This document shows, in pieces, positions 27,576 through 36,911 of a stretch of 39,210 bases of DNA (positions are counted from its first letter, which is position 1; each line of letters opens with the position of its first letter). The position numbers and the translations under genes were made by a program. The notes below the pieces were generated by a model. It saw only the letters and a list, made by a program, of their open reading frames with translations, did not search any database and was not told the origin of the DNA. Source of the stretch: an uncultured Spirochaetota bacterium (lineage in GTDB: Bacteria > Spirochaetota > Spirochaetia > SZUA-6 > Fen-1364); NCBI GenBank assembly GCA_963845535.1, contig CAWJSK010000020.1, forward strand, positions 1 to 39,210, written 5' to 3'.

Positions 27576-27604
27576 AGTATACACGTGAGTTTTCCTTACG
27601 TCTA
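27576..27604 (-). promoter_or_regulatory. Putative promoter of the three-gene cassette
   Basis: Minus strand TAGACG-N17-TATACT, about 50 nt upstream of ATG 27523. Confidence 0.5.
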
Positions 27605-27701
27605 TCTCCACGCGGAGCCCAACCAGCCTATGCTTGCGCGTACGAAGGCCTTCTCGACTTTGCCGACTGTCCCGATTTTTTCTGCTTTTTGGTTCCCTGC
27701 A

Positions 27702-27822
27702 CTTGGGGGCTGTGGGTGGTAAATCGCATGGGGAGAGAGTGTCTTCGGCCCACACATACACCCCCCAAGGCGGAGGGTTTCCCGTTCCCGTCGGCGATCT
27801 GCCTGGGAGATCAGCCAACGGG
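27702..27822. repeat. Two long imperfect inverted repeats downstream of the LysE-family gene
   Basis: CTTGGGGG..TGTGGG / CCCACA..CCCCCAAG (27702-27769) and CCCGTCGGCGATCT / AGATC(A)GCCAACGGG (27787-27822). Confidence 0.55.
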
Positions 27823-27846
27823 CTTTCGCGGGAGGCCGAGAGGCTC

Positions 27847-28488
27847 CTAGTGCTTTTCCGTCCCTGATACGGCGGCGGCCACTCCCAGGGCCATGTAGAT
27901 ACCCGCGCTGACGTAACGACGTACCTTGCGGACCCGTGTGCTTCTGAAGATCAGCCTGCCCACCGAGGATGCCAGGAGAGAATACAATCCGTCCGTGCAC
28001 GTGGCCAGTACCACAAAGAGGATTCCCAGGAGGAAAATCTGTGCCTGGACCCCTCCCTTGTGCGGATCAACGAACTGAGGCAGGAACGCATAGAAGAAAA
28101 GGGCGGTCTTGGGATTCAGAAGGTTCACGAGCAAGCCCTTGGCAAAGAGCCGGCTCAGCCTGGCCTCTCCACTGATGGCCGCTGCGCCCTCATCATCCTT
28201 TGAGAGGAGGGTCCGGATGCCGAGGTACACCAGGTAAGCGGCACCGACGTACTTGACCGCTTGAAAGGCAAGAGCGGACGCCAGGAGCAAGGCTGACAGA
28301 CCAAGGGCCGCGGCCATGGAATGCACGAGGCTGGCAACCTCCACGCCCAGGACGGAGGCAAAGCCCGCGCGCCTCCCGTGCGCGGCGCTCCGCGTAACTA
28401 TGTACATCACGGCAGGGCCTGGCACCAGCAGCAGGCCGAGGGCCGCCAGGAGGAAAAGCATGAGCGTGGGCAGGGCTGGCATCATCAT
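27847..28488 (-). CDS. LysE/RhtB family amino-acid exporter
   Basis: VPGPA, GRRAG..SVLG, K.VGAAYLVYLG, G...NLLNPK.ALFF.AFLPQF; about six TM segments. Confidence 0.93.
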   Translation of the reverse strand: MMMPALPTLMLFLLAALGLLLVPGPAVMYIVTRSAAHGRRAGFASVLGVEVASLVHSMAAALGLSALLLASALAFQAVKYVGAAYLVYLGIRTLLSKDDEGAAAISGEARLSRLFAKGLLVNLLNPKTALFFYAFLPQFVDPHKGGVQAQIFLLGILFVVLATCTDGLYSLLASSVGRLIFRSTRVRKVRRYVSAGIYMALGVAAAVSGTEKH

Positions 28489-28584
28489 CTCCTGAAGGTA
28501 CGGTACGCATCGGTTCGGGGGCTGTCAAATGGCCGCCATTCGATGTATGAATCCCAACAGCACGACAACGGAGGAAGGCAATCC

Positions 28585-31185
28585 ATGAGCAGAACGGCCA
28601 AGAGGCTCTTGATCATCCTGGGCGTCATTGTCTTGCTGCTGCTGATTGGGAGTGGAGCGGTACGTTGGCTCTTTCAAAATTCTTTTCCGCAGACCCGAGG
28701 GAACATTTCCGCCAAAGGCCTCCAGGTGCCCGTTCAGGTCCTCAGGGACAGGTACGGCGTCCCGCATATCCGCGCGGCAAACATGCACGACCTCTACTTT
28801 GCCCAGGGCTTCGTCGCGGCGCAGGACAGGTTCTGGCAGATGGAGTTCTGGCGCCGGATCGGGTCAGGCAGGCTTTCCGAGCTTTTTGGCGAAAAAACGG
28901 TCGGCACGGACATGTTCCTTCGCACGGCGGGGTTCCTGCGCGCCGCGGAAGCGGACTTCGAGGCCATGGACCCGCAGTACAAGGGGATACTCCAGGCATA
29001 TGCGGACGGGGTGAACGCCTACGTGGCTGGAAAGAAGCCGCGACAGCTCGGGCTCGAGTTTGCCCTGCTTCAACTCGAAGGCGTTCCCGTGAAGATCGAG
29101 CCCTGGCAGCCGGTCAACTCACTGACGTGGCTGAAGCTCATGGCGCTGGACCTCGGCGCCAATATGCGCAAGGAGCTCTACACCATCGACCTGATCCAGT
29201 CCCTTGGGTTGGAAAAGACGAAAGACTTCCTTGCCGACTATCGCTATGACCAGATGCCCGTCATCGTTTCGGACAGTGAGCTGCCGACATCGCTCCTGAA
29301 AAAGACGGTGGACGAGCTCATCCCTCCCGAAGGGAGCCTCGCCGGCGTGACGCCGGAGCAGGTTGCGGCGCTCAGAGGGGTTTCGACCAGGCTTGTCGGG
29401 GGGTTCGATCCGGGAGCCAGCATGGCTTTTGGCACGGGCCCGGGGATCGGCTCCAATGACTGGGTGATTGCGGGTTCACGAACGGCAAGCGGCAAGCCAA
29501 TCCTTGCGAATGATCCCCACCTGGGCATTCAGATGCCATCCATCTGGTACGAGGTGGACCTGTACTGTTCTGCCCCTGACGCGCAGCCGGGCAAGCAGGC
29601 GGGGGGCCCTTTCCATGTCCGCGGTTTTTCCTTCCCGGGGGTCCCTGCGGTTATCATCGGGCACAACGACAGGATTGCATGGGGCGTTACGAACGCCAAC
29701 CCGGACGTGCAGCAATTGTATATCGAGCGCATCAACCCGCAGAACCCCAACCAGTATGAAGTCAACGGCCGCTGGACTGACATGAAGGTCACGCGGGAAG
29801 AGATCAAGGTGTCCAAACGGGATGAGCCGGTGGTCCTGTTGGTGCGCCAGACTCGGCACGGCCCCATCATCACGGACCAGGGGGCCTATTCCGGCTACAA
29901 AGGTTTCGCCCTCAATCCCGCTGGTGAGTTTCCAATGAATCTTTCTCTTTCGGCGCTGTCTCTGAAATGGACGGCTTTCCTGCCGAACCGGACTTTCCAG
30001 TCCGCCGTCCAAATCAATGAGGCGCGCAACTTCGACGAGTTCCGCAACGCGCTGCGATCATGGGACATACCTTCCCAGAACTTCGTCTACGCCGACGTGG
30101 ATGGGAACATCGGCTACCAGATGCCCGGGCTCGTGCCCATCAGAAAAAAGGGAGACGGCGCGGTGCCGTCCCCGGGATGGGTGGATGATTATGAATGGAC
30201 GGGTTTCGTTCCTTTTGACGATCTTCCGTACGCCTATAACCCGCCCAAAGGGTATGTCGCCTCCGCAAACAATCCGGTGACCACGCAACGGTATCGGTAT
30301 TTCATTGGGCGTGATTTCGACTACGGCTACCGCGCGCGCCGTATTGTGGACATGATCACCGACGCCTCCACGAAAATAACCTTGAACTACGTGAAAGCGA
30401 TGCAAGGCGACACGCTGAACATCCTCGCGCAGGAAATAACCCCATACCTGAATGCGCTCACACTGACGGGAGCCGCGAAGACCGCGCGGGAAATCCTTCT
30501 GGGATGGGACGACAGGATGGACTCGGAGAGCGCCGGGGCAGCAGTCTACTCCTACTTCTGGCAAGCCCTTCTCGAGCAGGCGTTCAAAAACAAGTTCCCT
30601 CGTTCGCTGTGGGTTCCTGAAGCGATCCTGGAGGACAACTCGCGGCAGATGAACGCAATCTCGGTGATGCTGAAGGATCCGCACCACCCCTTGTGGGATG
30701 ACCCGACAACGCTGGACGTGCGTGAGTCACGGGACGACATCCTGAAACTGGCTCTTGAGAAAGCCGTGAAGACGGGGGTGAAAGCGCAGGGGCCTGATTT
30801 GAAGAAGTGGCGCTGGGGAAAGGTGCATACGGCGGAGTTCCGCAACATGACGTTTGGGGAGTCGGGGATAAGGGTTATCGAGCGGATATTCAACCGGGGG
30901 CCTTTTGCCGTCCCCGGCGGATTCCAGCAGGTTTTTTGCACCGACTGGAAAGCGAACAAGCCCTTCGAGGTGTCAGCGGTTTCCTCGATGAGGCAGATCA
31001 TCGACCTTTCCGATCTTTCCCGCTCGGTCACCATTCACACAACGGGGCAGAGCGGGCATCCCGGGAACCGGCATTACGACGACATGATAGATTCCTGGCG
31101 GAAAGTGAAGTACCACTCCACGCTCTGGGACTCCGCGGCGCTTGAAGCTTCACGGCCTGACAAGCTGATGCTCGTACCTCGTTGA
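28585..31185 (+). CDS. Penicillin acylase family (peptidase S45) Ntn hydrolase, membrane anchored
   Basis: SD GGAGG then ATG 28585, N-terminal TM, RD.YGVPHI.A, AQG...AQDR.WQM, beta-chain start GSNDW (Ser codon 29452), ANDPHL, NFVYAD.DGNIGY, SANN, GQSG....HY.D. Confidence 0.93.
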   Translation: MSRTAKRLLIILGVIVLLLLIGSGAVRWLFQNSFPQTRGNISAKGLQVPVQVLRDRYGVPHIRAANMHDLYFAQGFVAAQDRFWQMEFWRRIGSGRLSELFGEKTVGTDMFLRTAGFLRAAEADFEAMDPQYKGILQAYADGVNAYVAGKKPRQLGLEFALLQLEGVPVKIEPWQPVNSLTWLKLMALDLGANMRKELYTIDLIQSLGLEKTKDFLADYRYDQMPVIVSDSELPTSLLKKTVDELIPPEGSLAGVTPEQVAALRGVSTRLVGGFDPGASMAFGTGPGIGSNDWVIAGSRTASGKPILANDPHLGIQMPSIWYEVDLYCSAPDAQPGKQAGGPFHVRGFSFPGVPAVIIGHNDRIAWGVTNANPDVQQLYIERINPQNPNQYEVNGRWTDMKVTREEIKVSKRDEPVVLLVRQTRHGPIITDQGAYSGYKGFALNPAGEFPMNLSLSALSLKWTAFLPNRTFQSAVQINEARNFDEFRNALRSWDIPSQNFVYADVDGNIGYQMPGLVPIRKKGDGAVPSPGWVDDYEWTGFVPFDDLPYAYNPPKGYVASANNPVTTQRYRYFIGRDFDYGYRARRIVDMITDASTKITLNYVKAMQGDTLNILAQEITPYLNALTLTGAAKTAREILLGWDDRMDSESAGAAVYSYFWQALLEQAFKNKFPRSLWVPEAILEDNSRQMNAISVMLKDPHHPLWDDPTTLDVRESRDDILKLALEKAVKTGVKAQGPDLKKWRWGKVHTAEFRNMTFGESGIRVIERIFNRGPFAVPGGFQQVFCTDWKANKPFEVSAVSSMRQIIDLSDLSRSVTIHTTGQSGHPGNRHYDDMIDSWRKVKYHSTLWDSAALEASRPDKLMLVPR

Positions 31186-31227
31186 GGCAGCCAGGCGCGC
31201 AGGGCGCGCTGCGCACCAGCCGGCGCG

Positions 31228-31719
31228 TCATTTCGCCGGCGCCGGCACCGTTGGCGTCGGGGCGAACAGGGCGTCAATGGCGTCGTCATAGTTGAAGTAG
31301 TCCAGTATCCAGGAGTCGAAGGGCTTATAGAAAATGAACGTCCATCGAATGAGGTGCCGCTCGTACTTCACGACGTACACTGCTTTGAGGATGGTGTCCT
31401 TCAGGTTATCCTCGGAAATCAGCACGAAGCCAAGCGCTTCTCCGTAGCTGTCCTTGATTGTGGAGGCCTGGCTCACGAGATGATTTTCCAGTGAGTCCAC
31501 GTCTTCCTTCAGGATGCTCGTGGCATAAGGCCGCAGCGTTGCAATCCCCTGCTCGAGGTCACCGCTGACGATTTGGGACAGCGCGTCCTCACAGAGGCCC
31601 TGAACGTCAGCCTCGGTCCGCAGGGCCGGCGGCATCTGGGACCCCGAAAGGGTGGCCGCCGGCAGGATCACGCTTGATGCGATCAACAGGACGCAAACAA
31701 AAAGGCTGCGGTGCGCCAT
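31228..31719 (-). CDS. Hypothetical exported protein (163 aa)
   Basis: Signal peptide MAHRSLFVCVLLIASSVILPA; YG...G, Y..KYERH..RW.F.FYKP...W pattern. Start moved to ATG 31719. Confidence 0.75.
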   Translation of the reverse strand: MAHRSLFVCVLLIASSVILPAATLSGSQMPPALRTEADVQGLCEDALSQIVSGDLEQGIATLRPYATSILKEDVDSLENHLVSQASTIKDSYGEALGFVLISEDNLKDTILKAVYVVKYERHLIRWTFIFYKPFDSWILDYFNYDDAIDALFAPTPTVPAPAK

Positions 31720-31801
31720 CCCTCCAGTGTAGCGATAATCCGCCTGGAGGGACAGCCATAGCCGCGGATGGCTGAGAGGCGCGGCGAGTATCGCGCGAAG
31801 A

Positions 31802-32730
31802 TTAATGCATCTCAGCGTCACACGTGCCTATACCGCCGCGGAGGAAGTTGAACTGCACGTTCGGATGGTCGGCAAGCAGGCTCATGGGCACCGAGGAATC
31901 CGCGATCCGCTTCGAGATCATGAGAGAGGTCAGACGGAGCCCGAACGGGTTGTCATGCCATCCCGGGTGCCAGATGGAGACCTTGTCAGACTTCCAGGTC
32001 TCCGCAGGCCCGACCGTCAACGCCTGGGACGGGACTGATGAGACCACGCCTCCGCCGGAGGTGCGCGCGTTCTGGATGATCGTCATGGGGTGAAGGTCCA
32101 CGACCCTGGCGGGGAGCTTGCGGTATTCGGCGGGGCTCGGCGGAGAGTCCTTGTACGCCCCTTCCCGCCGGGGGGATCATTGAACGCCCAATGCTTCACC
32201 TCTCCCTGGCCGCCCTGCATGATCAGGCATTTTGCCGTGTCATAGGATTTCGAATAATCGCTGATTCCCTTGGCCGTGATGAAATGCAGGTGGGAGTCCG
32301 GCATCCGCAGCTTTTTGTCCATCCTTCTGAAGCACAGGTCGAGGTCCGCCTTCGCGAAGCTCAGTGGATGCGTAATGGGGACGTCCCGACCGTCCACATA
32401 CCATTCATCCATGGCCCAGAAATGACCCTCCCGAACGTCGATCTCCAGGTCGTTCACGATCTGGGCCACCAGGGGCAGCTGCTCGGTGGGGCCAATAGGG
32501 CCGCAGATGCCGGTGGGTTTGCTTGCGGTTGCCTGCCGCCATGCCCAGACGTATTCGAGGGCCTCGGCATTGAAAAACGCTTCCACGGTGTCATAGAGCT
32601 TCACGGTGAAGCCGGGGCGCTGGAGCTGCTCCAGGTCTTTTTCCGTGAGCCGCGCCGCATCGTTCAGCAGCTCCGCGTCCAGGGTTGTGTAGTCCCAGAA
32701 GTCCTTCGCGATCTTGCTCGTGTTTCTCAT
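31802..32730 (-). CDS. Glucosamine-6-phosphate isomerase/deaminase-like (NagB superfamily) protein, -1 frameshift at the G6 run 32170-32175
   Basis: [37 protein letters not shown]. Adding one C joins to [40 protein letters not shown] before ATG 32730. Confidence 0.8.
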
Positions 32731-32810
32731 ATGCTGCATCTCCTCAGAAAAAGCATTATTCGCTGAAAAGCAGGTTCACGCAACGGTCGGAACATGATAG
32801 AACGTCATCC

Positions 32811-34130
32811 ATGCGACGCTCCGCCACGCAATTCTTCGACTTCGTGCTCTTTGGCGCGACTTTTGGTCTCATCCTGGTCGGGGTCCTGTTCATCTACTCG
32901 AGCGGCGTCAATTCCAGCGGAATCTCGGTTTCCCGCGAATATCTCAAGCAGCTCATCTGGGCCGTCACCGGCATCGGCATCCTGCTCCTTTTCTCCTTCC
33001 TGAACTACGGGACCCTGCGAATGGTATCCGTCTACCTCTACGCCGTGTCCCTGCTCCTGCTGCTCGTGACGCTCGCCATCGGCAGGGACGTGAACGGACA
33101 CCGCTCATGGCTGGGGGTCGGTGAGCTGGGGATCCAGCCGTCGGAGTTCGCCAAGATCTCCACCATCCTCTTTCTTGCGACGTATTTCTCGAACATCGGC
33201 AACGGCGTGCGCGAGCTTCCGCGCCTGCTCCTGGGCGTGTTCATCCTCATGGTCCCGCTGGGATTGATCCTGCTGCAGCCTGACCTGGGCACCACGCTCG
33301 TGCTCGTCTTCATCTTTCTTTTCATGGCGTTTATGGCCGGGGCGCAGCTTCGGCACCTGTTCTTCCTCCTGTTGACCGGCGTCCTTACCATCGTCATGGC
33401 GGCGCTGCCAAGCATCCTTCAGCGCACCGGCCACGGACCGGCGCTCCTGGTGATGATGCGGGAACCCACCTCCCTTCTCTACCTCATCCCGCCCGGGGCC
33501 GTCGTTGCGGGGCTTGCGCTCATGGGGTTCCGCGCCTCACGGCGCATCTACTTCTACTGGATTTTCTACTTCGCTTCCCTGGTCATGATAGCGTCGGTGT
33601 GCTCCATTGCGGTGCGTCTGGCGCTCAAGGACTACCAGATCATGCGCTTCGTGATTTTCCTCAACCCTCGCCTGGATCCGCAAGGCGCAGGTTGGAACAT
33701 CCTTCAAAGCCTGACCGCCATCGGCTCAGGGGGTTTCCACGGGAAGGGGTTCCTGCACGGGACGCAGAGCCACTACCAGTTCCTCCCTTCGCAAAGCACG
33801 GATTTCATTTTTTCCATTGTCACGGAGGAATGGGGCTTCCTGGGAGGCCTGCTGGTATTCTTCCTCTATCTTGTCATTTTGTTGAGGGGCTTGAGCATCG
33901 TCTGGAGCCAGAGAGCTGACCCCTACGCGCACCTGGCAGGCGGCGGAATCCTTGCCCTGCTTTTTCTTCACCTGGTGATCAACGCCGGAATGGCCATGGG
34001 GATCATGCCGGTCACCGGGATCCCGCTTCTCTTCCTTTCCTATGGAGGGTCTTCGCTCTGGGCGGCGCTGGCGTGCGTGGGGATCCTCATCAACCTCCAT
34101 CGTCGGAGGTCCAGGTTCCCGTCGGAGTAG
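32811..34130 (+). CDS. rodA: SEDS family rod shape-determining protein RodA
   Basis: G...IYSS, KQLIW, RSWL, IQPSEFAKI, LQPDLGT, YQ..R...FL.P..DP.GAGWNI.QS..AIGSGG..GKG...GTQ, TDFIF, PVTGIPL..LSYGGSS. Confidence 0.9.
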   Translation: MRRSATQFFDFVLFGATFGLILVGVLFIYSSGVNSSGISVSREYLKQLIWAVTGIGILLLFSFLNYGTLRMVSVYLYAVSLLLLLVTLAIGRDVNGHRSWLGVGELGIQPSEFAKISTILFLATYFSNIGNGVRELPRLLLGVFILMVPLGLILLQPDLGTTLVLVFIFLFMAFMAGAQLRHLFFLLLTGVLTIVMAALPSILQRTGHGPALLVMMREPTSLLYLIPPGAVVAGLALMGFRASRRIYFYWIFYFASLVMIASVCSIAVRLALKDYQIMRFVIFLNPRLDPQGAGWNILQSLTAIGSGGFHGKGFLHGTQSHYQFLPSQSTDFIFSIVTEEWGFLGGLLVFFLYLVILLRGLSIVWSQRADPYAHLAGGGILALLFLHLVINAGMAMGIMPVTGIPLLFLSYGGSSLWAALACVGILINLHRRRSRFPSE

Positions 34131-34163
34131 CGGTCTGAGCGGACTGCCCAGCCGTGACGGCTG

Positions 34164-35348
34164 CTACTTGGGCCCGCCCAGCAGAGCGGCCAGCCAGGTG
34201 ATGGCAATGATGTTGCCAATTGCGGCCCCCAGGGTGGACAGGAAAAAAACGATCAGGATGTGGGTCACCCTGTTGGTGTAAAACCCCTTGAAGGTGGCAA
34301 CGTCCTCCGCAAGGCCCTCCAGGTCGCGAACGCGCGGCTTTCTGAGGAAGGCCTCCGCAACTCCCGTGAAAAGGCCGATCTTGCCGAACGGGTTGAGCGT
34401 CCCGATGGGAGCGCCGACGAAAGCGATGACGATGGTGAGCGGATGCGCCCAGGCCAGAAGCGACCCCACGGCCGCCAGGCCGCCGTGAATCAGGAGCCAT
34501 CGCCAGAACATCGCAAGGCTCATGCGCCAGCCCGCCCGGATGAAGCCCAGGGAGAAAAGGGCAACGATGATTGCCGGGATGCCCCACGGCAGCACCCTGC
34601 CCGCCACGCTGCGCGCGGGCAGCTCATCAAGGGCGCTCACGTCATCAGATTCGCTCTTGTCATGCAGGGCGCGGATGTGGCGGGCAATCCCGGCAAGGTG
34701 CCCGGCCCCCACCACCGCCACCACCTTGTCTCCCTGCGCCTGGAAAATCCTTGCAGCAAGGTACATGTCGCGCTCGTCAATCAGCACCTGCTTTGCCGCG
34801 GGAAGATACGTGGCCAGCTCTTCCATCATTTCCTGAAGGACGTCCTTCTCCTTGAGCTTCTCTATCTCCTTCGGGTCGAGCTTCTCCGTGGTGAAAACCG
34901 AGGAGAGCATGGCCGCCAGCATCTTCATTTTTCCCCATGCCCCGGTGCGGGCCCATGCGCGGCGCAAGGTGATCTGGATGTTGCGGTCACAGAGAGAGAA
35001 CGGTGTGCCTTTTTCCTGGGCTGCCTGGATTGCCGCAAGCATTTCCTCCCCGGGCCGGACGCCCAGCTCGCTGCCCATCCGCCTCTGAAACGAGGCCAGG
35101 ACCAGGTTGGCCATCAGGAGGAAACCCTTGCCTTCCCGCAGTACTTTGCCGATGTTCAGGTTTTGCCAGGAGTTGCCCTGGGTGATGGAGGCGTATCTGC
35201 CTTCATCCAGCTCAACGCAGACCCGGTCCGGCGCTTCCTCTCCGATCACCCGGCGGACTTCCTCCACGCTTTCCCGTGAGACGTGCGCCGTGCCAACAAG
35301 GACAATGGTGCGATTGCCGATTTCGAGTCTCTCTGTGCCTTGGTTCAT
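34164..35348 (-). CDS. TraB/GumN (pheromone shutdown/TIKI-like) family membrane protein
   Basis: LVGTAHVSRESV, PD.VCVELD..R, PG.EM, DR.I.ITL.R, LIDERD.Y.A, VVGAGH..GI; C-terminal TM helices. Confidence 0.92.
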   Translation of the reverse strand: MNQGTERLEIGNRTIVLVGTAHVSRESVEEVRRVIGEEAPDRVCVELDEGRYASITQGNSWQNLNIGKVLREGKGFLLMANLVLASFQRRMGSELGVRPGEEMLAAIQAAQEKGTPFSLCDRNIQITLRRAWARTGAWGKMKMLAAMLSSVFTTEKLDPKEIEKLKEKDVLQEMMEELATYLPAAKQVLIDERDMYLAARIFQAQGDKVVAVVGAGHLAGIARHIRALHDKSESDDVSALDELPARSVAGRVLPWGIPAIIVALFSLGFIRAGWRMSLAMFWRWLLIHGGLAAVGSLLAWAHPLTIVIAFVGAPIGTLNPFGKIGLFTGVAEAFLRKPRVRDLEGLAEDVATFKGFYTNRVTHILIVFFLSTLGAAIGNIIAITWLAALLGGPK

Positions 35349-35529
35349 GTACGCTTTTCATAGCCCATGCGCGGTATTCTTTCAAGGCAGGAGGCACTAC
35401 CATGCAGGCGGGACGGGCTCCCGGCGGCCGTCATATGCCGTGGGAGGCACTATCCCAAGACGTCCTTTTCGTGGCATCCTCAATTCGGCAGAAAAATGGG
35501 TCGATAATTTCGGGAGGGCACCTACACAG

Positions 35530-36905
35530 GTGAGCAGTATTCCAGAAAAAAACAAAGAATCGTCGGCGCATCGGCCGACCTCGTGTCCCAAATGCGGGTT
35601 CGATATCGAGCCGGGAAAGCCGTGTCAGGTCTGCGGCTACACGCCGTCACAGGGCTCTTCACCGGGCACGCCGTCCGCAGGGGCCTCTTCCACGGCTGCG
35701 GCAACCAGGAAGCGCCGTCCGGGCGCCCTGCTGGCTCTGTTGCTCTCCGCAGGCGGACTGCTGATTCTCCTGGGCGTTTTCATCGTGACAAACGAAATCC
35801 GCCCGCAGTCCTCAGCGGACACCGCGCAGGCTTCGCAGCCGGCAGACCTGTCCTCCGCAAACGGAGCGGGCGCCGAGCAGCCGCGCAGCCTCCCGCCGGG
35901 ACTTTGGAAGGTGACTGGACCACCATCACGGCAGACAACGCGTCACCGCAGGCTTCCGCGGGCGCTATGGCGGCGCAAGACTCTGGGAGCGCAGGCCAGG
36001 CGGCAGGCATGGCTGCAGCCCCAGGCACGGGTGCCGCGGCGGGAACCGCCGCGCAGCCAGCGCGCTTGTTTTCCGGCACCTCCTCCATCGTCCTCTCGGG
36101 CCCGGAACCTGCCGTTCCGTTCGACGTTGCCACGCGCACGGACAATCCCCCGTTCGACAACAAAGAAGCTTTCGTCGACTGGATGGCCATCCATACTGAT
36201 CAGAAAGCCAGTTTCCTGCAGGAGAAGTGGGACAGGGCGCAGATTGCCCAGCGTCTGGGCAACTTCACCCATGAACGAGTCAGGGAAGCGTTCCTACGCA
36301 CCCCCAGGGAATATTTCTCCCGGGACCCCCGCCGGGCGTATGAGAATGTGGTGCTGCCAATCGGGTACGGCCAGACCATTTCCGGGCCTCACCTCGTGGC
36401 GCGCATGACGGATTACCTGGACCCCATGCCCGAGCAGAAAGTCCTGGAGATCGGCACGGGATCAGGATACCAGTCCGCGCTGCTTTCCGAGATATCGAAC
36501 CACGTGTTCACCATTGAGATCGTCGAAAAGCTTGCGCGAAAGACGAATGCCATTTTCCAGCGCCTGGAGCCCTCCTACCCTGAATACCGGAACATCAAGC
36601 GGAAAGTGGATGACGGCTACTACGGCTGGGCGGAATATGCGCCGTTCGACCGCATCATCGTGACCTGCGGGATCGACCACGTTCCCCCTGCTCTTATCAA
36701 GCAGCTCGCCCCCGGCGGGATCATGGTCATCCCCATAGGCCCGCCCTCCGGCCAGACAATACTTCGCATCGTCAAGAAAGTGGCCCCTGACGGCATGGTG
36801 AGCCTGGAGCGCGAAGACATCTATCATGGGAAACACAAGCAGATCTTCGTGCCGTTCACCGCCCGCGGAGGCGGCATTCACAGGGCCGACGACCAGAAGA
36901 ACTAG
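35530..36905 (+). CDS. pcm: Protein-L-isoaspartate O-methyltransferase with N-terminal zinc ribbon, TM helix and Ala/Pro/Gln linker; frameshift near 35876
   Basis: GTG 35530 after GGGAGG; CPKC..CQVC, hydrophobic helix, then after a 1-nt shift: PRE.F, AY....LPIGYGQTIS.P, VLEIGTGSGYQ, DG..GW.EYAPFDRIIVT, QL..GG.MVIP.G. Confidence 0.85.
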
Positions 36906-36911
36906 CTCTTC

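Noticed and set aside
27528..28000. ORFs 27528..27818 and 27602..28000 as a fourth cassette gene
   Set aside because: No SD, unprotein-like composition, and they overlap predicted hairpins, the cassette promoter and the LysE-family gene.
1267..34836. Numerous long antisense or alternate-frame ORFs (e.g. 1267..2235, 3901..4776, 9483..10334, 20891..21865, 21730..22671)
   Set aside because: Expected shadows of real genes in high-GC DNA; no motifs or translation signals.
35107..35529. N-terminal part of the 433-aa ORF 35107..36408
   Set aside because: Antisense to the TraB-family gene and intergenic; only 35530 to about 35876 is the true pcm N-terminus.
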